In this document: positions 10,083-19,934 of the stretch, piece after piece
Layout of the letters: every line of letters starts with the position of its first letter
Position numbering within the stretch: the first letter of the stretch is position 1
NCBI GenBank assembly: GCA_038146865.1
Contig: JAYQSL010000007.1
Location: 301,203 to 365,202 of the forward strand
Origin: Rhodospirillaceae bacterium
GTDB taxonomy: Bacteria > Pseudomonadota > Alphaproteobacteria > MPNO01 > UBA2964
Length of the DNA: 64,000 bases
Direction: 5' to 3'
Notes under the pieces: generated by a model
What the model was told of the DNA's origin: nothing
The model's input: the letters and a program-made list of their open reading frames with translations, nothing else
Databases searched by the model: none
Made by a program: the position numbers and the translations under genes

Positions 10083-10793
10083 CTACCCAGCTGGGTCCAG
10101 AGTCTTTTGAGCATTACTTATACCTTCTTCTAGGGTCTTAAGGAAAGTTTGCTTATCCAAACCGGGTCTAATCGGAGAGAGAAATTTCAGAGTTATAGTT
10201 CCTGGTTTGCGAACGAAACTTCTCCTGCTCCAAAAACATCCCGAATTAAGGGCAACTGGTATGACCGGTATCTCGAGGTCCTGATAAAGTGCGGCCACCC
10301 CAGTCTGGAATTTTTTTGCTGATTGCGGTTGGACACGAGTTCCCTCAGGAAAAATGACTATGGAACGTCCCTCCGCTAAACACCTTTTCGCTTCTGATCT
10401 CATTTTTCGGATGGCAACGAGCTTCCGGCCCCGCTCGATCGCGATGACGCCATATTTTCTTAGATACCACCCATAGAACGGAATATAAGTCAGCTCCTTT
10501 TTTAAAACCACCGCGGCGCCCGGCATAATAAGCGGCATTATAATGGTGTCCCAAGCTGATTGGTGCTTAGATGCCAGTAATATGGGTCCTTCTGGTAAAT
10601 TGAGCTGACCTTCAATTCTATAATTTAGGCCACAAAAAACTTTTAGACCAAAGAGCAAACTGGTGCTCCAGATCCGGCTGGCTTTTGTAATCCAGCTGCG
10701 AGGCAAGAACAATAAGGGCAGCAAAAATATGGATAGTATCAAAGTCCATACCCAAAAGAATATTTGGTATACAAAAGACCGGAAAACTATCAT
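10083..10793 (-). CDS. plsC: 1-acyl-sn-glycerol-3-phosphate acyltransferase
   Basis: 236 aa. Acyltransferase motifs HQSAWD (HxxxxD) and FPEGTR. Overlaps the upstream ydcF-like gene by 4 nt. Confidence 0.8.
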   Translation of the reverse strand: MIVFRSFVYQIFFWVWTLILSIFLLPLLFLPRSWITKASRIWSTSLLFGLKVFCGLNYRIEGQLNLPEGPILLASKHQSAWDTIIMPLIMPGAAVVLKKELTYIPFYGWYLRKYGVIAIERGRKLVAIRKMRSEAKRCLAEGRSIVIFPEGTRVQPQSAKKFQTGVAALYQDLEIPVIPVALNSGCFWSRRSFVRKPGTITLKFLSPIRPGLDKQTFLKTLEEGISNAQKTLDPAG

Positions 10794-11419
10794 TTATTTC
10801 TTTCCCTAAGGCTTTCCGGGCCCAAAAACAAAAGCAAAGTTACAAGGTATTTGTTATATTCTGAAATAATCATCTTTGATGCGTCCAAGTTTCGCCACCA
10901 ATGTTTTACATTGAAAATTTTTGGAAAAACTGGATTAGACACGATTGTGATGTTCGGCAAAATTCTCTTGAACACCTCAAGACTGCGAATCATATGATAA
11001 TTCGACGTAACAAGTCGAAGGGACCTAAATTGATTGGCGCGCATCCAGCGGCTTGTCTCGTAGGCATTGCCAATCGTGTTATCTGCATCATACCCGATCG
11101 CAATACAACAATTAAGATTTGTCGGTTTTCTTTTTGCAACTTTCAACAGTGCTTTCACATCTACCCCTCTAGCGGCTCCGGATACAAACAGTCGTCTAGA
11201 TAATTTTTCAGAATCTAAGAGTTTGAAACCCTCCTCAAGGCGCCCTGTGCCACCTGTCAGAACGACTATCGCATCAGTCTGGTTGCGGTTTTTTTCCTTC
11301 GTTGTTGGAATTTTAGTTGTGAACCAAATAAGACCACCAAACCAAGCCAAGACTATCAGGACTAGGCAGCCGAGAAGGCGTCCTTTTCTTCTTCTGCGCA
11401 AAAAACCGCGTCTGATCAT
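10790..11419 (-). CDS. YdcF/DUF218 family protein
   Basis: 209 aa. N-terminal TM helix followed by an IVVLTGGTGR block typical of DUF218 (ElyC/SanA-like). 4-nt overlaps on both sides, with ftsX and plsC. Confidence 0.65.
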   Translation of the reverse strand: MIRRGFLRRRRKGRLLGCLVLIVLAWFGGLIWFTTKIPTTKEKNRNQTDAIVVLTGGTGRLEEGFKLLDSEKLSRRLFVSGAARGVDVKALLKVAKRKPTNLNCCIAIGYDADNTIGNAYETSRWMRANQFRSLRLVTSNYHMIRSLEVFKRILPNITIVSNPVFPKIFNVKHWWRNLDASKMIISEYNKYLVTLLLFLGPESLRERNK

Positions 11420-12309
11420 CCAAAATGCCGAAGTTTTTCACGGACAGTAATGTTTGAGATGATCATGCTTAAACCTACAGCGAGTATCCCTATTAGGGCG
11501 AGCGATGTCCATTCTAGCCATGTTACCGACAAAACTGCTAAAACATAGGAAGTTTCCCACTCGATGATCTGGGCGAAGGCAAGAAAAGTTATTGCTGCAA
11601 ACAGCCAACCCAAAAGTGTTCCTTTGAGGCTTGCAATAAAAGAGTGGTTTGAGAATTGCCGGGCAATATCCTTATTTCTTGCGCCCAGGAGATACAGAAG
11701 CTCTATAATATTAGAGTGTACAATGAGCCCTGTTCTGGTCGTGAAGATTATGCTCGCTACAGAGGCTAAAAAGATCAGGACTATGGTTCCCAAAGTCAAA
11801 AGGTTTATAGCAGTCCTAATACGGTTGCTGATATCTAACCCATTTGAACGCTGGATGACTTTTGCATCGGGAATGGCAGATTTGATCGAAGACCTAAATC
11901 TCTCCAGAGGATACTGGGTTTTGTCGGCGAGCTGCATTTCTATTAGGGTGGGTAATGGAAAGGCGGTGGGGTCAGGTAACACGTCAGTCCCAATAAGGGG
12001 ACGAAGGATTTTGGTCATCTGACCGTAGGAAATTTTTTCGACTGATTGGACACCGGGCAGGTTCAATAGTGTTTTAATTGCGCTCTTTATCTTGGCATCA
12101 AATGTGTCAAAAGTATCTAACTCAGTTGGATTTATCTGGATCGTAAACTTATTGGTGGGCTCGTGAACCCATTTGTTTCCAAGGTTAGAAATTATGATTG
12201 ACAGGCCCAGTGTAATTGTAGCCAGCCAGACCATAAATGTTACTGTCCAAGTCAAATATCTGGTCGCTGGATCGTTTGCAAGAGGGACTGCGTTGAGTGT
12301 TTGTCTCAT
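11416..12309 (-). CDS. ftsX: cell-division ABC transporter permease FtsX
   Basis: 297 aa. One TM helix, a periplasmic loop, then three C-terminal TM helices. It follows ftsE after a 7-nt gap. Confidence 0.75.
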   Translation of the reverse strand: MRQTLNAVPLANDPATRYLTWTVTFMVWLATITLGLSIIISNLGNKWVHEPTNKFTIQINPTELDTFDTFDAKIKSAIKTLLNLPGVQSVEKISYGQMTKILRPLIGTDVLPDPTAFPLPTLIEMQLADKTQYPLERFRSSIKSAIPDAKVIQRSNGLDISNRIRTAINLLTLGTIVLIFLASVASIIFTTRTGLIVHSNIIELLYLLGARNKDIARQFSNHSFIASLKGTLLGWLFAAITFLAFAQIIEWETSYVLAVLSVTWLEWTSLALIGILAVGLSMIISNITVREKLRHFG

Positions 12310-12316
12310 CTAAATC

Positions 12317-13009
12317 TCAGCGCTGTTTTGAAGACTTGCTTAAAAACTTGAGACTTCCCGACTCTATTAAAAGTTGGTTGGTATTGACCTCTTGGGATAG
12401 ATCTTGTCTATGACTGGCGACAATAACAGTGGTGCCAATTTTATTGAGCTCCGTGAGAAGATACATTATTTTCTGAGCATTTTCCTCGTCAATATTACCA
12501 GTAGGCTCATCTGCCAGTAGCATTGATGGCCTGGTTACAACCGCTCGCGCCAGGGCTACTCTTTGTTGTTGCCCTCCAGATAAAGATGAAGGCATTTTAT
12601 CTGTCTGTTCTGTAAGTCCGACCCAATCAAGAAGTTCGCGAACATAATCCCTAACTTGGCTCACTGTTGCTCCAGCAATACGCAATGGTAAAGCAACGTT
12701 CTCTGCTGCAGTTAGATGGTTTAAAAGTCTGAAGTCCTGGAAGACTATACCCACTCTTCTCCTAAGCTTAGTCAATTCTTCTCTGTTAGTCTCCGCCAAA
12801 CTCTGTCCAAGGATATAAACGGCGCCATAGCTGGGTCTCTCTGCCATATAGAGAAGTTTGAGAAGGGTGGATTTACCGGCTCCGCTCACCCCTGTGACGA
12901 ATGAAAAACTGCCAGGTTCTAGAGAGAATGAGACGTCGTGCAGGACTTCCTTGCCGGCACCATAACGTATACCGACCTTATCAAATTTTACTGCTGCGTC
13001 TAACTGCAC
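12317..13009 (-). CDS. ftsE: cell-division ATP-binding protein FtsE
   Basis: 230 aa. Walker A GVSGAGKST, signature LSGGQQQRVALARA and Walker B LLADEPTGNID. Confidence 0.9.
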   Translation of the reverse strand: MQLDAAVKFDKVGIRYGAGKEVLHDVSFSLEPGSFSFVTGVSGAGKSTLLKLLYMAERPSYGAVYILGQSLAETNREELTKLRRRVGIVFQDFRLLNHLTAAENVALPLRIAGATVSQVRDYVRELLDWVGLTEQTDKMPSSLSGGQQQRVALARAVVTRPSMLLADEPTGNIDEENAQKIMYLLTELNKIGTTVIVASHRQDLSQEVNTNQLLIESGSLKFLSKSSKQR

Positions 13010-13156
13010 TAAAAATCCTCCATGCCTATCAGGATTACATGCCTCTACCGACTCAGTCTAGTTATCATGGTAAGACAATCTTGCTCTGACTCGGGCGTGA
13101 AATTATAGAGATACCAACGCTAGAATAGATCTTTTTGCTAAAGGTGAAGCAAAAGC

Positions 13157-13885
13157 ATGATTATTATCACCTGTCCCAAATGCAGCATAAGTTACCGTGT
13201 TCAGCGTAATGCTGTTGGTGGTCAAGGTCGGATGGTTAGATGCACCAGATGTGGCGAAAGTTGGAGGTATCGAATAGGTGAAGGCCCCAATCAAACTTTT
13301 GATACCGTTAAGAAGGAACATAAATTATCTGATACCGTAAAAGATCGGGGGTCTGAGTTGGTTCCGGGCTCTGCGGCGAAGCCAGTAGTTGCTCACAATC
13401 AAATAAGTGCAGAAAAAAAACAGTCTTTACCCCCGACTAAGACAAAGAAAAACATCCCAGCTATATTATGGTTTGGGGTGATTATAATTGCTGCCTTTAC
13501 TTGTGCGGGATTTTATTGGAATCGAGATCAGATTGTGGACAGAATTCCCACTATAAAACCATATCTCGACCTATTGGGGTTGAAAACCAAAGATATAGAT
13601 CCTCTCTTCAAGATTTCTGATGTAAAACTTAGGGTGGAAAAGCAGGGTGCCATTGCCAGCCAAATGGTAGATTTTTCCCTTAAAAATATAACTAAGCAAA
13701 CAAGAGAATTGCCAAGTTTGACGGCTATAGTTTTAGACTCCGATCGAAATATTTTGGACTCATGGAAAATTCCTCTTCATGGAGATTCACTGAAACCGGG
13801 AGAGGCGAGACTATTTTCCAAGGAAATTCAGCGAGGTCTCCCTCTCGGAAAAACCTTAAAGCTCACTGTTTCGTCAAAGGATTAA
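13157..13885 (+). CDS. MJ0042-type zinc-ribbon membrane protein (DUF3426-like)
   Basis: 242 aa. N-terminal CPKC...(17 aa)...CTRC zinc ribbon, one TM helix (AILWFGVIIIAAFTCAGFYW) and a beta-rich C-terminal domain. Divergent from ftsEX. Confidence 0.6.
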   Translation: MIIITCPKCSISYRVQRNAVGGQGRMVRCTRCGESWRYRIGEGPNQTFDTVKKEHKLSDTVKDRGSELVPGSAAKPVVAHNQISAEKKQSLPPTKTKKNIPAILWFGVIIIAAFTCAGFYWNRDQIVDRIPTIKPYLDLLGLKTKDIDPLFKISDVKLRVEKQGAIASQMVDFSLKNITKQTRELPSLTAIVLDSDRNILDSWKIPLHGDSLKPGEARLFSKEIQRGLPLGKTLKLTVSSKD

Positions 13886-13889
13886 AAAT

Positions 13890-14423
13890 ATGGGTCAGGA
13901 ACAAATCGAGGTGTTGTTTGATGCTGATCGTATCGCTAGTCGTGTGACTGCACTCGGGCAAGAGATCGCGCGCGGGGAGCCGTCTGATCTTTTGATTGTA
14001 GTTATTTTAAAAGGAAGTTTTGTATTCGCGGGCGATCTGATAAGGGCAATCGAAGCAGCCGGGACCTCAGCGCGCGTCGATTTTATGACTTTGTCCAGTT
14101 ACGGAAGTAAAACAGAGAGTTCGGGGAATGTCAGGGTGGTCCATGATTTGTCGGAGGACGTTGAGGGACAAACAGTTTTGATTGTTGACGATATTCTGGA
14201 GTCGGGGCGGACAATCGCTCATGCTTGCGATCTTTTGCGTAAACGAAAGGCGGCTGATATCAAGACCTGCCTGCTCCTGGATAAACCAGAGAAACGGTTA
14301 ATAGACATCGAGGCAGATTATTTAGGTTTTGAAATTGGCGATATTTTTGTTGTCGGATATGGCCTAGACTTTGCCAATAAATACAGGGGACTACCCTACA
14401 TTGGCTCTATTAGGGCAAGTTGA
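13890..14423 (+). CDS. hpt: hypoxanthine phosphoribosyltransferase
   Basis: 177 aa. PRPP-binding motif VLIVDDILESGRT and a C-terminal FVVGYGLDF block. Confidence 0.9.
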   Translation: MGQEQIEVLFDADRIASRVTALGQEIARGEPSDLLIVVILKGSFVFAGDLIRAIEAAGTSARVDFMTLSSYGSKTESSGNVRVVHDLSEDVEGQTVLIVDDILESGRTIAHACDLLRKRKAADIKTCLLLDKPEKRLIDIEADYLGFEIGDIFVVGYGLDFANKYRGLPYIGSIRAS

Positions 14424-14528
14424 ATCTTTTCAGGTTGAGAGGTTGCTACTGTAGCTTTCTTTAAGAAGACTGAATTGCAGGATTCTCATCGGGTTTCACC
14501 CGAATAATAGGATAAAACTTAAAGCTCG

Positions 14529-17057
14529 CTAAAAACGTTCTAACAACCTGTCGATGTAGTCCAATTCCATTCTAGGACGAAACTGTTCCCCAGCCCTCCG
14601 GCGAAGTTCATCAAGTATTTGTCGAGCCCGTTTTAATGTCGATGGGGAGTCTATTTTTATTGTGTTTTGATCAAAACCATCGCCTTCTTCTATTTCTCTG
14701 CCTAAGGGGTCTAACGAGGGCCGGTTTCGATCTTTTTGAACCTGTCCATTCCCAGATTCACGAGAAAATTGTTCTCGCAATTGCCTCATCATTTGTTGCC
14801 CTGCTTGCTGAAGACTTTGTAATGCTTGGCTTTGGGCGCCCACTGCATCAGTCGGACGGTTGCCTCGCAGCGCGCGGATGGCCTGATCCATGGATTTCCC
14901 GGCTTTATCCAGAAACTCCCCTGGATTTAGCCCTTGGCCACCGCGCATTAAACTTTGCAATTTTTGTAGCATCTGTCGTAAAGCTCGTTGATCAGCCGGT
15001 CCAGGCATTTGACCTAAAGGGGGCGTGCCAGGTCGTCCGAACTGGAATGTCCGGTCCATTAGACTTTGTTGTTTTCTAATAAGTTGTTGAAGTTGCCGCA
15101 TGGCCCCGGCTCGGCGGCCCATTCGACCACTGCGCGCACGAATGACTTGCATTGACCTCATATTGCTGAGCATTTGCTGCAGTCGGGCAAGCATCTGCCG
15201 TGCGCCTTCTCGGTTTCCAGATTGCATCATATCCTGCATTTGTTTCATCATTCTTTGGATATCTGATTGGCTCATCATGCGCATTGTGTTTGGATCAAAT
15301 TCAATTTCTTTTATATCTTGAGGTTTCCGACGCATCTGCTCCGCGAGGGCTTGCATGTATCTTTGAATCGCTATTTTTAGTTGTCTCATGAGCTCATCAA
15401 GTTTTTTTTGGTCAGCACCTTCCAGAAGTGCTTTATTAAGAGCGTTCTGTAGTCTTCTCATCTCCCGTTCTGCGATTGAGAGCCTACCGTCCTCGAGCCG
15501 GAGGGCTATATCCCATAAAAGATCCGTTACAGGCTGTATTGCCGTGTCTTTCTTTTCGTAGGCAAGGCGTGCCGAGGCCGAACTAAGTCCGAGGTATACC
15601 ACAACGTCGTTGGCGAATAAGCCTGGAACGCTTAGTATGGCACGGAGTCTTTGAACTACTGCATCTCGGTTGGGCAAGTCTTTGAAAAGTTCTCTTCTGA
15701 CAGAGGCGATATCTCTTGCCACAGGGTGGTTAAACCGCCGTTCTGGTAACTGATATTTAAAAGGGGAGCTATGACCAACTTGGCCACTCGTATCATTAGT
15801 ATAAAGTTTTAAAAGAACCGGTGCTCCCGCCCATTTATGGGATGCAAGGTCAAGTTGCATATTTTCTTTTACGGTCTGCTGATAATCGGCTGGAAACGTC
15901 AATTTTATTTTAAGTGTCTCTTTCCCAACGACTGTCCCCTTTTCATATGTCCGCTTAATTTCAATCCACCCTTCTTTCAGGCCATAATCATCGGATGCTG
16001 AGAAACTTACCCGAGACGATGCTTGGGGATTAGGTTTGGGCTTGTCGACAAAATTAATCCTGGGCGGATTATCGGGAACTACCGATACACGCCACTTGGC
16101 AAGAGTATTTCCTTCCGACTCAACAGACAGAGATCCATCGTGTCTAATTTCTTGGACTATTTGGCTGTTTTTTTCATCAATCTTCAAAAATTGTTTTTGC
16201 CTAGAAACCCTAACCAAGTCGTCAGAATTTTTATTCGTTTCTTCGATCACCAGATAAGGGGGCCGGTTACTGCTTTGCGCTTGAGCTGTAACCTTGCTCC
16301 CAAACGGAATTTCAAGAACTGGTGCTTCTGAAGATTGGCCAAAGACCTTGTTTTGGATTTTCTGCTGGTTCCCTGTTTGTGAAGGAAGAGTTAAATCCAT
16401 TGACTTGTTTTGAAGTGGAAAAATAGGGGGTAGCCCTGTATATTCCGGGGGCGAAATCCAAATATCCAGGACCGTCTTAGAGGTGCTTGTGGTTTCTGGA
16501 GGAGCTAACAGGAACGCATTTTTAAGCCTTACAGTTGGATCGTCGTTGCTCCAAAAAAATCCAACAAATAAGGCCAAAATGATACCAGCTCTGAGTGCCA
16601 GGGGATCATGTCTGGCGAGATTTGGTTCTGGCTTACCCGCCCGTAAGTTTTTTAAAGATCCTATTAAACGCATTCTGTGAAGTTCCCACAGACGACCAGA
16701 GTCTTTGTTAGTGGTGCTGAACAATTTATCATCGAGCGATGTCAAAGGTCGGTGTGAAAGACCGCTTTTAGTCTCCACGCGTCTTTTGGCTTCTCTTACA
16801 CTCGGTAACTTTATTGCAGATTTGGATTTTACAAGGGCCCAAAATATTCCAACCCCAAAGAATAAAAGCACTAAAAGATGAAGCCAATTTGGCAGTAAAG
16901 GCAATATGTCGAATAACGCTAGACTTATAAAAAGACCCAGAATTAGGCCAAGCGGCAAAAAGGCGGGCAAGAAATGTTCCCAAAAATATGCAAGTCTGGC
17001 CATCCACAGAATAAGGATGGCTTTTTTATCCTGTGATTGTTTCTGGTTGGTTTTCAT
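14529..17057 (-). CDS. large membrane protein of unknown function (TIGR02302/DUF4175-like)
   Basis: 842 aa. N-terminal TM helices and a C-terminal third dominated by Met/Gln/Arg-rich helical low complexity (MRMMSQSDIQRMMKQMQDMMQSGNREGARQMLARLQQMLSNMRSMQ). Located next to lysA, as I recall for this family. The family name was not verified by search. Confidence 0.55.
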   Translation of the reverse strand: MKTNQKQSQDKKAILILWMARLAYFWEHFLPAFLPLGLILGLFISLALFDILPLLPNWLHLLVLLFFGVGIFWALVKSKSAIKLPSVREAKRRVETKSGLSHRPLTSLDDKLFSTTNKDSGRLWELHRMRLIGSLKNLRAGKPEPNLARHDPLALRAGIILALFVGFFWSNDDPTVRLKNAFLLAPPETTSTSKTVLDIWISPPEYTGLPPIFPLQNKSMDLTLPSQTGNQQKIQNKVFGQSSEAPVLEIPFGSKVTAQAQSSNRPPYLVIEETNKNSDDLVRVSRQKQFLKIDEKNSQIVQEIRHDGSLSVESEGNTLAKWRVSVVPDNPPRINFVDKPKPNPQASSRVSFSASDDYGLKEGWIEIKRTYEKGTVVGKETLKIKLTFPADYQQTVKENMQLDLASHKWAGAPVLLKLYTNDTSGQVGHSSPFKYQLPERRFNHPVARDIASVRRELFKDLPNRDAVVQRLRAILSVPGLFANDVVVYLGLSSASARLAYEKKDTAIQPVTDLLWDIALRLEDGRLSIAEREMRRLQNALNKALLEGADQKKLDELMRQLKIAIQRYMQALAEQMRRKPQDIKEIEFDPNTMRMMSQSDIQRMMKQMQDMMQSGNREGARQMLARLQQMLSNMRSMQVIRARSGRMGRRAGAMRQLQQLIRKQQSLMDRTFQFGRPGTPPLGQMPGPADQRALRQMLQKLQSLMRGGQGLNPGEFLDKAGKSMDQAIRALRGNRPTDAVGAQSQALQSLQQAGQQMMRQLREQFSRESGNGQVQKDRNRPSLDPLGREIEEGDGFDQNTIKIDSPSTLKRARQILDELRRRAGEQFRPRMELDYIDRLLERF

Positions 17058-17102
17058 TTTGGCAGCTCATTGAGGACCAGAAGGTCGATTCAATAAGGAT
17101 GT

Positions 17103-18359
17103 TCACAGCCAGTTGGGTAGTTGGTCAAGTGATAAAATATCTTCATAAGTTGGCCGGGGCCGAATTACCGCAGTCATAGCCTCCCTGACCATAACCTCGG
17201 GCGTGGGTAAACGCGTATTGTATGTTGAACCCATGACTGCACCGTAAGCGCCGGCACTTGCAATTGCGATCAATGCGCCTTGTTCTAAGGGTGGTAGATT
17301 TGCGGATTTCGCTAATATGTCGCCCGTTTCGCAAACAGGGCCAACTACTTGGGCGCTGGTCAACTTCCCGTTTGCATCTTTCTCCTCGGTCAAAATATCA
17401 TGAACAGCATTATATAGGGTAGGCCGTATAAAGTCGTTCATTGCCCCATCGATTATCACAAATCTTTGCACAGGCGTATTTTTGATAAAGAGGACCCTGG
17501 CGACTAGTATGCCCGCATTGGCGACCAAAAACCGACCCGGCTCAACCGTAAGCTCAACGTTTAGGGAAGAGACAGTGTTCCTAATTGTCTCTGCGTAGTC
17601 TTTAATCTCCGGCGGATTTTCTGTGGTGTAGGTGACGCCAAGTCCTCCACCTAAGTCGAGACGTTCAACGCTCTCTCCGGCGGCTCGTAAGTCCTGAACC
17701 AGAATTGCTATCCTATCAAAGGCGTCTTGAAATGGTGTCAGAGAAGTCAGCTGGGAACCTATATGTATAGCAAGACCTACCACATTAATTCCTGGCATTT
17801 GGGAAGCTTGCGTGTATAGGGCGGGAGCTAAGTCTATATCTATGCCAAACTTGTCGGCCTTGCGCCCCGTCGAGATCTTATCATGAGTTTGAGCATCCAC
17901 GTCTGGATTAACTCTCAGCGCTACTGTGGCTGTTTTTTCTAATTCTTGCGCGATATTGGAAATTAACTCTAACTCGGGTGGGGATTCGATGTTGAATTGA
18001 CCCACACCAACTTCAAGGGCATGACGGATTTCATCTTGGGTCTTACCTACCCCCGAAAAAACGATTTTATCTGGCGCTATTCCCGCATCCAGAGCTCTCA
18101 CCAGTTCCCCTTTACTCACGATGTCGGCACCACTGCCTAAGTTACCAAATGTTTTGATAACAGCTTGATTAGAATTTGCCTTGACTGCGTAGCAGATCTT
18201 GACCCCCATAGGATCCAGCGCACTTTTGAGTTCAAGGTACTGATGCTCAAGTGCAGAACTTGAATAACAGAAAAAGGGTGTGCCAATCGTTTCAGCGATG
18301 CTAGCGATAGAAACTTCTTCAACAAAAAGGTGACCGCCCCTATATCCAAAAAAGTTCAT
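17103..18359 (-). CDS. lysA: diaminopimelate decarboxylase
   Basis: 418 aa. PLP-lysine block CYAVKAN, plus LDLGGGLG and CETGD motifs. Confidence 0.95.
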   Translation of the reverse strand: MNFFGYRGGHLFVEEVSIASIAETIGTPFFCYSSSALEHQYLELKSALDPMGVKICYAVKANSNQAVIKTFGNLGSGADIVSKGELVRALDAGIAPDKIVFSGVGKTQDEIRHALEVGVGQFNIESPPELELISNIAQELEKTATVALRVNPDVDAQTHDKISTGRKADKFGIDIDLAPALYTQASQMPGINVVGLAIHIGSQLTSLTPFQDAFDRIAILVQDLRAAGESVERLDLGGGLGVTYTTENPPEIKDYAETIRNTVSSLNVELTVEPGRFLVANAGILVARVLFIKNTPVQRFVIIDGAMNDFIRPTLYNAVHDILTEEKDANGKLTSAQVVGPVCETGDILAKSANLPPLEQGALIAIASAGAYGAVMGSTYNTRLPTPEVMVREAMTAVIRPRPTYEDILSLDQLPNWL

Positions 18360-18484
18360 TTTGGATATTTCCTAGGAAATGTGTTGTCCGCCTCTGCGGG
18401 GGGTAAAGGGTCCCCCTTTTTGCCGCATGCCACCTGAGTTACCGCAATTGGAACAATCAACAACAGAGAAATTAAGAGTTTCAT
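18356..18484 (-). CDS. small lipoprotein (LptM/YifL-like lipopeptide)
   Basis: Below the ORF-track size cut-off. My translation is [42 protein letters not shown]. It has a lipobox (VAC followed by GKKG). The ATG overlaps the argH stop (ATGA 18481-18484), and its own stop overlaps the lysA ATG (ATGA 18356-18359). Confidence 0.7.
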   Translation of the reverse strand: MKLLISLLLIVPIAVTQVACGKKGDPLPPAEADNTFPRKYPK

Positions 18485-19905
18485 CTCAGAAATCTCTCAC
18501 GTGCGTGAGCAATCTGTAAACGTACATTTTCCGGAGCGGTTCCGCCAAAACTCGTCCGGCTCGTAACGGATTTTTCAACACTCAGTACATTGAAAACGTC
18601 ATTTGTTATTCTGGGTTCTATCTTTTTCATATCTTCTAAAGTGAGCTCTTCTAGTTCTGATCCCCGTGTTTCTGCGAGCCTGACAATCTCTCCGGTAACG
18701 TGGTGTGCTTCGCGAAATGGCATTGAGAGAACCCTAACAAGCCAATCTGCGAGATCTGTCGCTGTGCTAAATCCTGATCCTGCAGCACTTTTCATGGAGC
18801 CCCGGTTAAACTCTAGATCGCTAATCATGGCAGTCATTGCACAAATGGAGAGCGAAATTGCATCAGCAACATCAAATGTCGGCTCCTTATCTTCTTGCAT
18901 ATCCTTTGAATAAGCTAACGGTAGACCTTTCATAACAGTTAACAAGGTCACGAGATCACCAAAGATTCGACCAGCTTTTGCGCGCACCAATTCCGCAGCG
19001 TCGGGATTTCGCTTCTGTGGCATGATCGAGCTGCCCGTTGTGAGGGAGTCACTTAGAGATGCAAATTTAAATTGTGCTGAACACCACAAGATTATTTCTT
19101 CCGCGAGCCTAGATAGATGCGTGGCACAAATTGCCGCTGCAGCCATAAATTCAAGAGCGAAATCACGCGAGGAGACAGAGTCAAGTGAATTGGCAGTAGG
19201 TCGATCAAAGCCCAACGCCTCGCTCGTTGCGTGCCGGTCGATCGGGAAGGATGTTCCCGCCAGCGCAGCTGCCCCAAGTGGGCTCTCATTTAATCTTTTT
19301 CTGGCGTCGGAGAAACGTCCTCGATCTCGACCAAACATTTCGACGTATGCCATCATGTGGTGTCCTAACGTGACAGGCTGGGCACTTTGAAGATGCGTGA
19401 AACCAGGCATTATCCAGTCAACATGTTTGTTCGCCTGGTTAATTAGCGCGCTTTGAAGGTTTTGGATTTCTTTATCAAGAGCATCTGACTGTTCCCTTAC
19501 CCAAAGCCGCAAATCAGTCGCAACTTGGTCATTTCTAGAACGCGCAGTGTGCAGTCGGCCGGCATTTTCGCCAATGAGCTCTCGCAGTCTCCCCTCAATA
19601 TTTAAATGGATATCCTCAAGAACATTTTTGAAATTGAATTGACCAGCCGCCATTTCCTTAGCGATGGTATCGAGACCAGAGATAATTTCGTCGTGAGCTT
19701 CTTTAGTAATGATCCCTTGTTTCACTAGCATACTGCAGTGCGCTTTTGATCCCTCGATATCTTGCGAAAAGAGACGTTGATCAAATCCAATAGAAACATT
19801 AATCGCCTCCATAATCTTGTCCGGCCCTGATTCAAACCTTCCACCCCACATGGTATTGGAATCATTGTTTTGCTTGTTTTCTTGAGATTCGTTCTTATCG
19901 TTCAT
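18481..19905 (-). CDS. argH: argininosuccinate lyase
   Basis: 474 aa. WGGRF near the N-terminus and the fumarate-lyase signature [12 protein letters not shown]. The Asn/Gln-rich 18-aa leader means a later start (MWGGRF) is possible. Confidence 0.95.
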   Translation of the reverse strand: MNDKNESQENKQNNDSNTMWGGRFESGPDKIMEAINVSIGFDQRLFSQDIEGSKAHCSMLVKQGIITKEAHDEIISGLDTIAKEMAAGQFNFKNVLEDIHLNIEGRLRELIGENAGRLHTARSRNDQVATDLRLWVREQSDALDKEIQNLQSALINQANKHVDWIMPGFTHLQSAQPVTLGHHMMAYVEMFGRDRGRFSDARKRLNESPLGAAALAGTSFPIDRHATSEALGFDRPTANSLDSVSSRDFALEFMAAAAICATHLSRLAEEIILWCSAQFKFASLSDSLTTGSSIMPQKRNPDAAELVRAKAGRIFGDLVTLLTVMKGLPLAYSKDMQEDKEPTFDVADAISLSICAMTAMISDLEFNRGSMKSAAGSGFSTATDLADWLVRVLSMPFREAHHVTGEIVRLAETRGSELEELTLEDMKKIEPRITNDVFNVLSVEKSVTSRTSFGGTAPENVRLQIAHARERFLR

Positions 19906-19934
19906 GAAGAGCTCTCTCGAATGGACAAATTTCA

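Noticed and set aside
13010-13156. Two GANTC (CcrM) sites (13050-13054, 13088-13092) in the ftsE / zinc-ribbon intergenic region as a cell-cycle methylation switch.
   Set aside because: Two occurrences of a 5-mer with one degenerate position in 147 bp is close to chance expectation. There is no supporting CtrA (TTAA-N7-TTAA) box.
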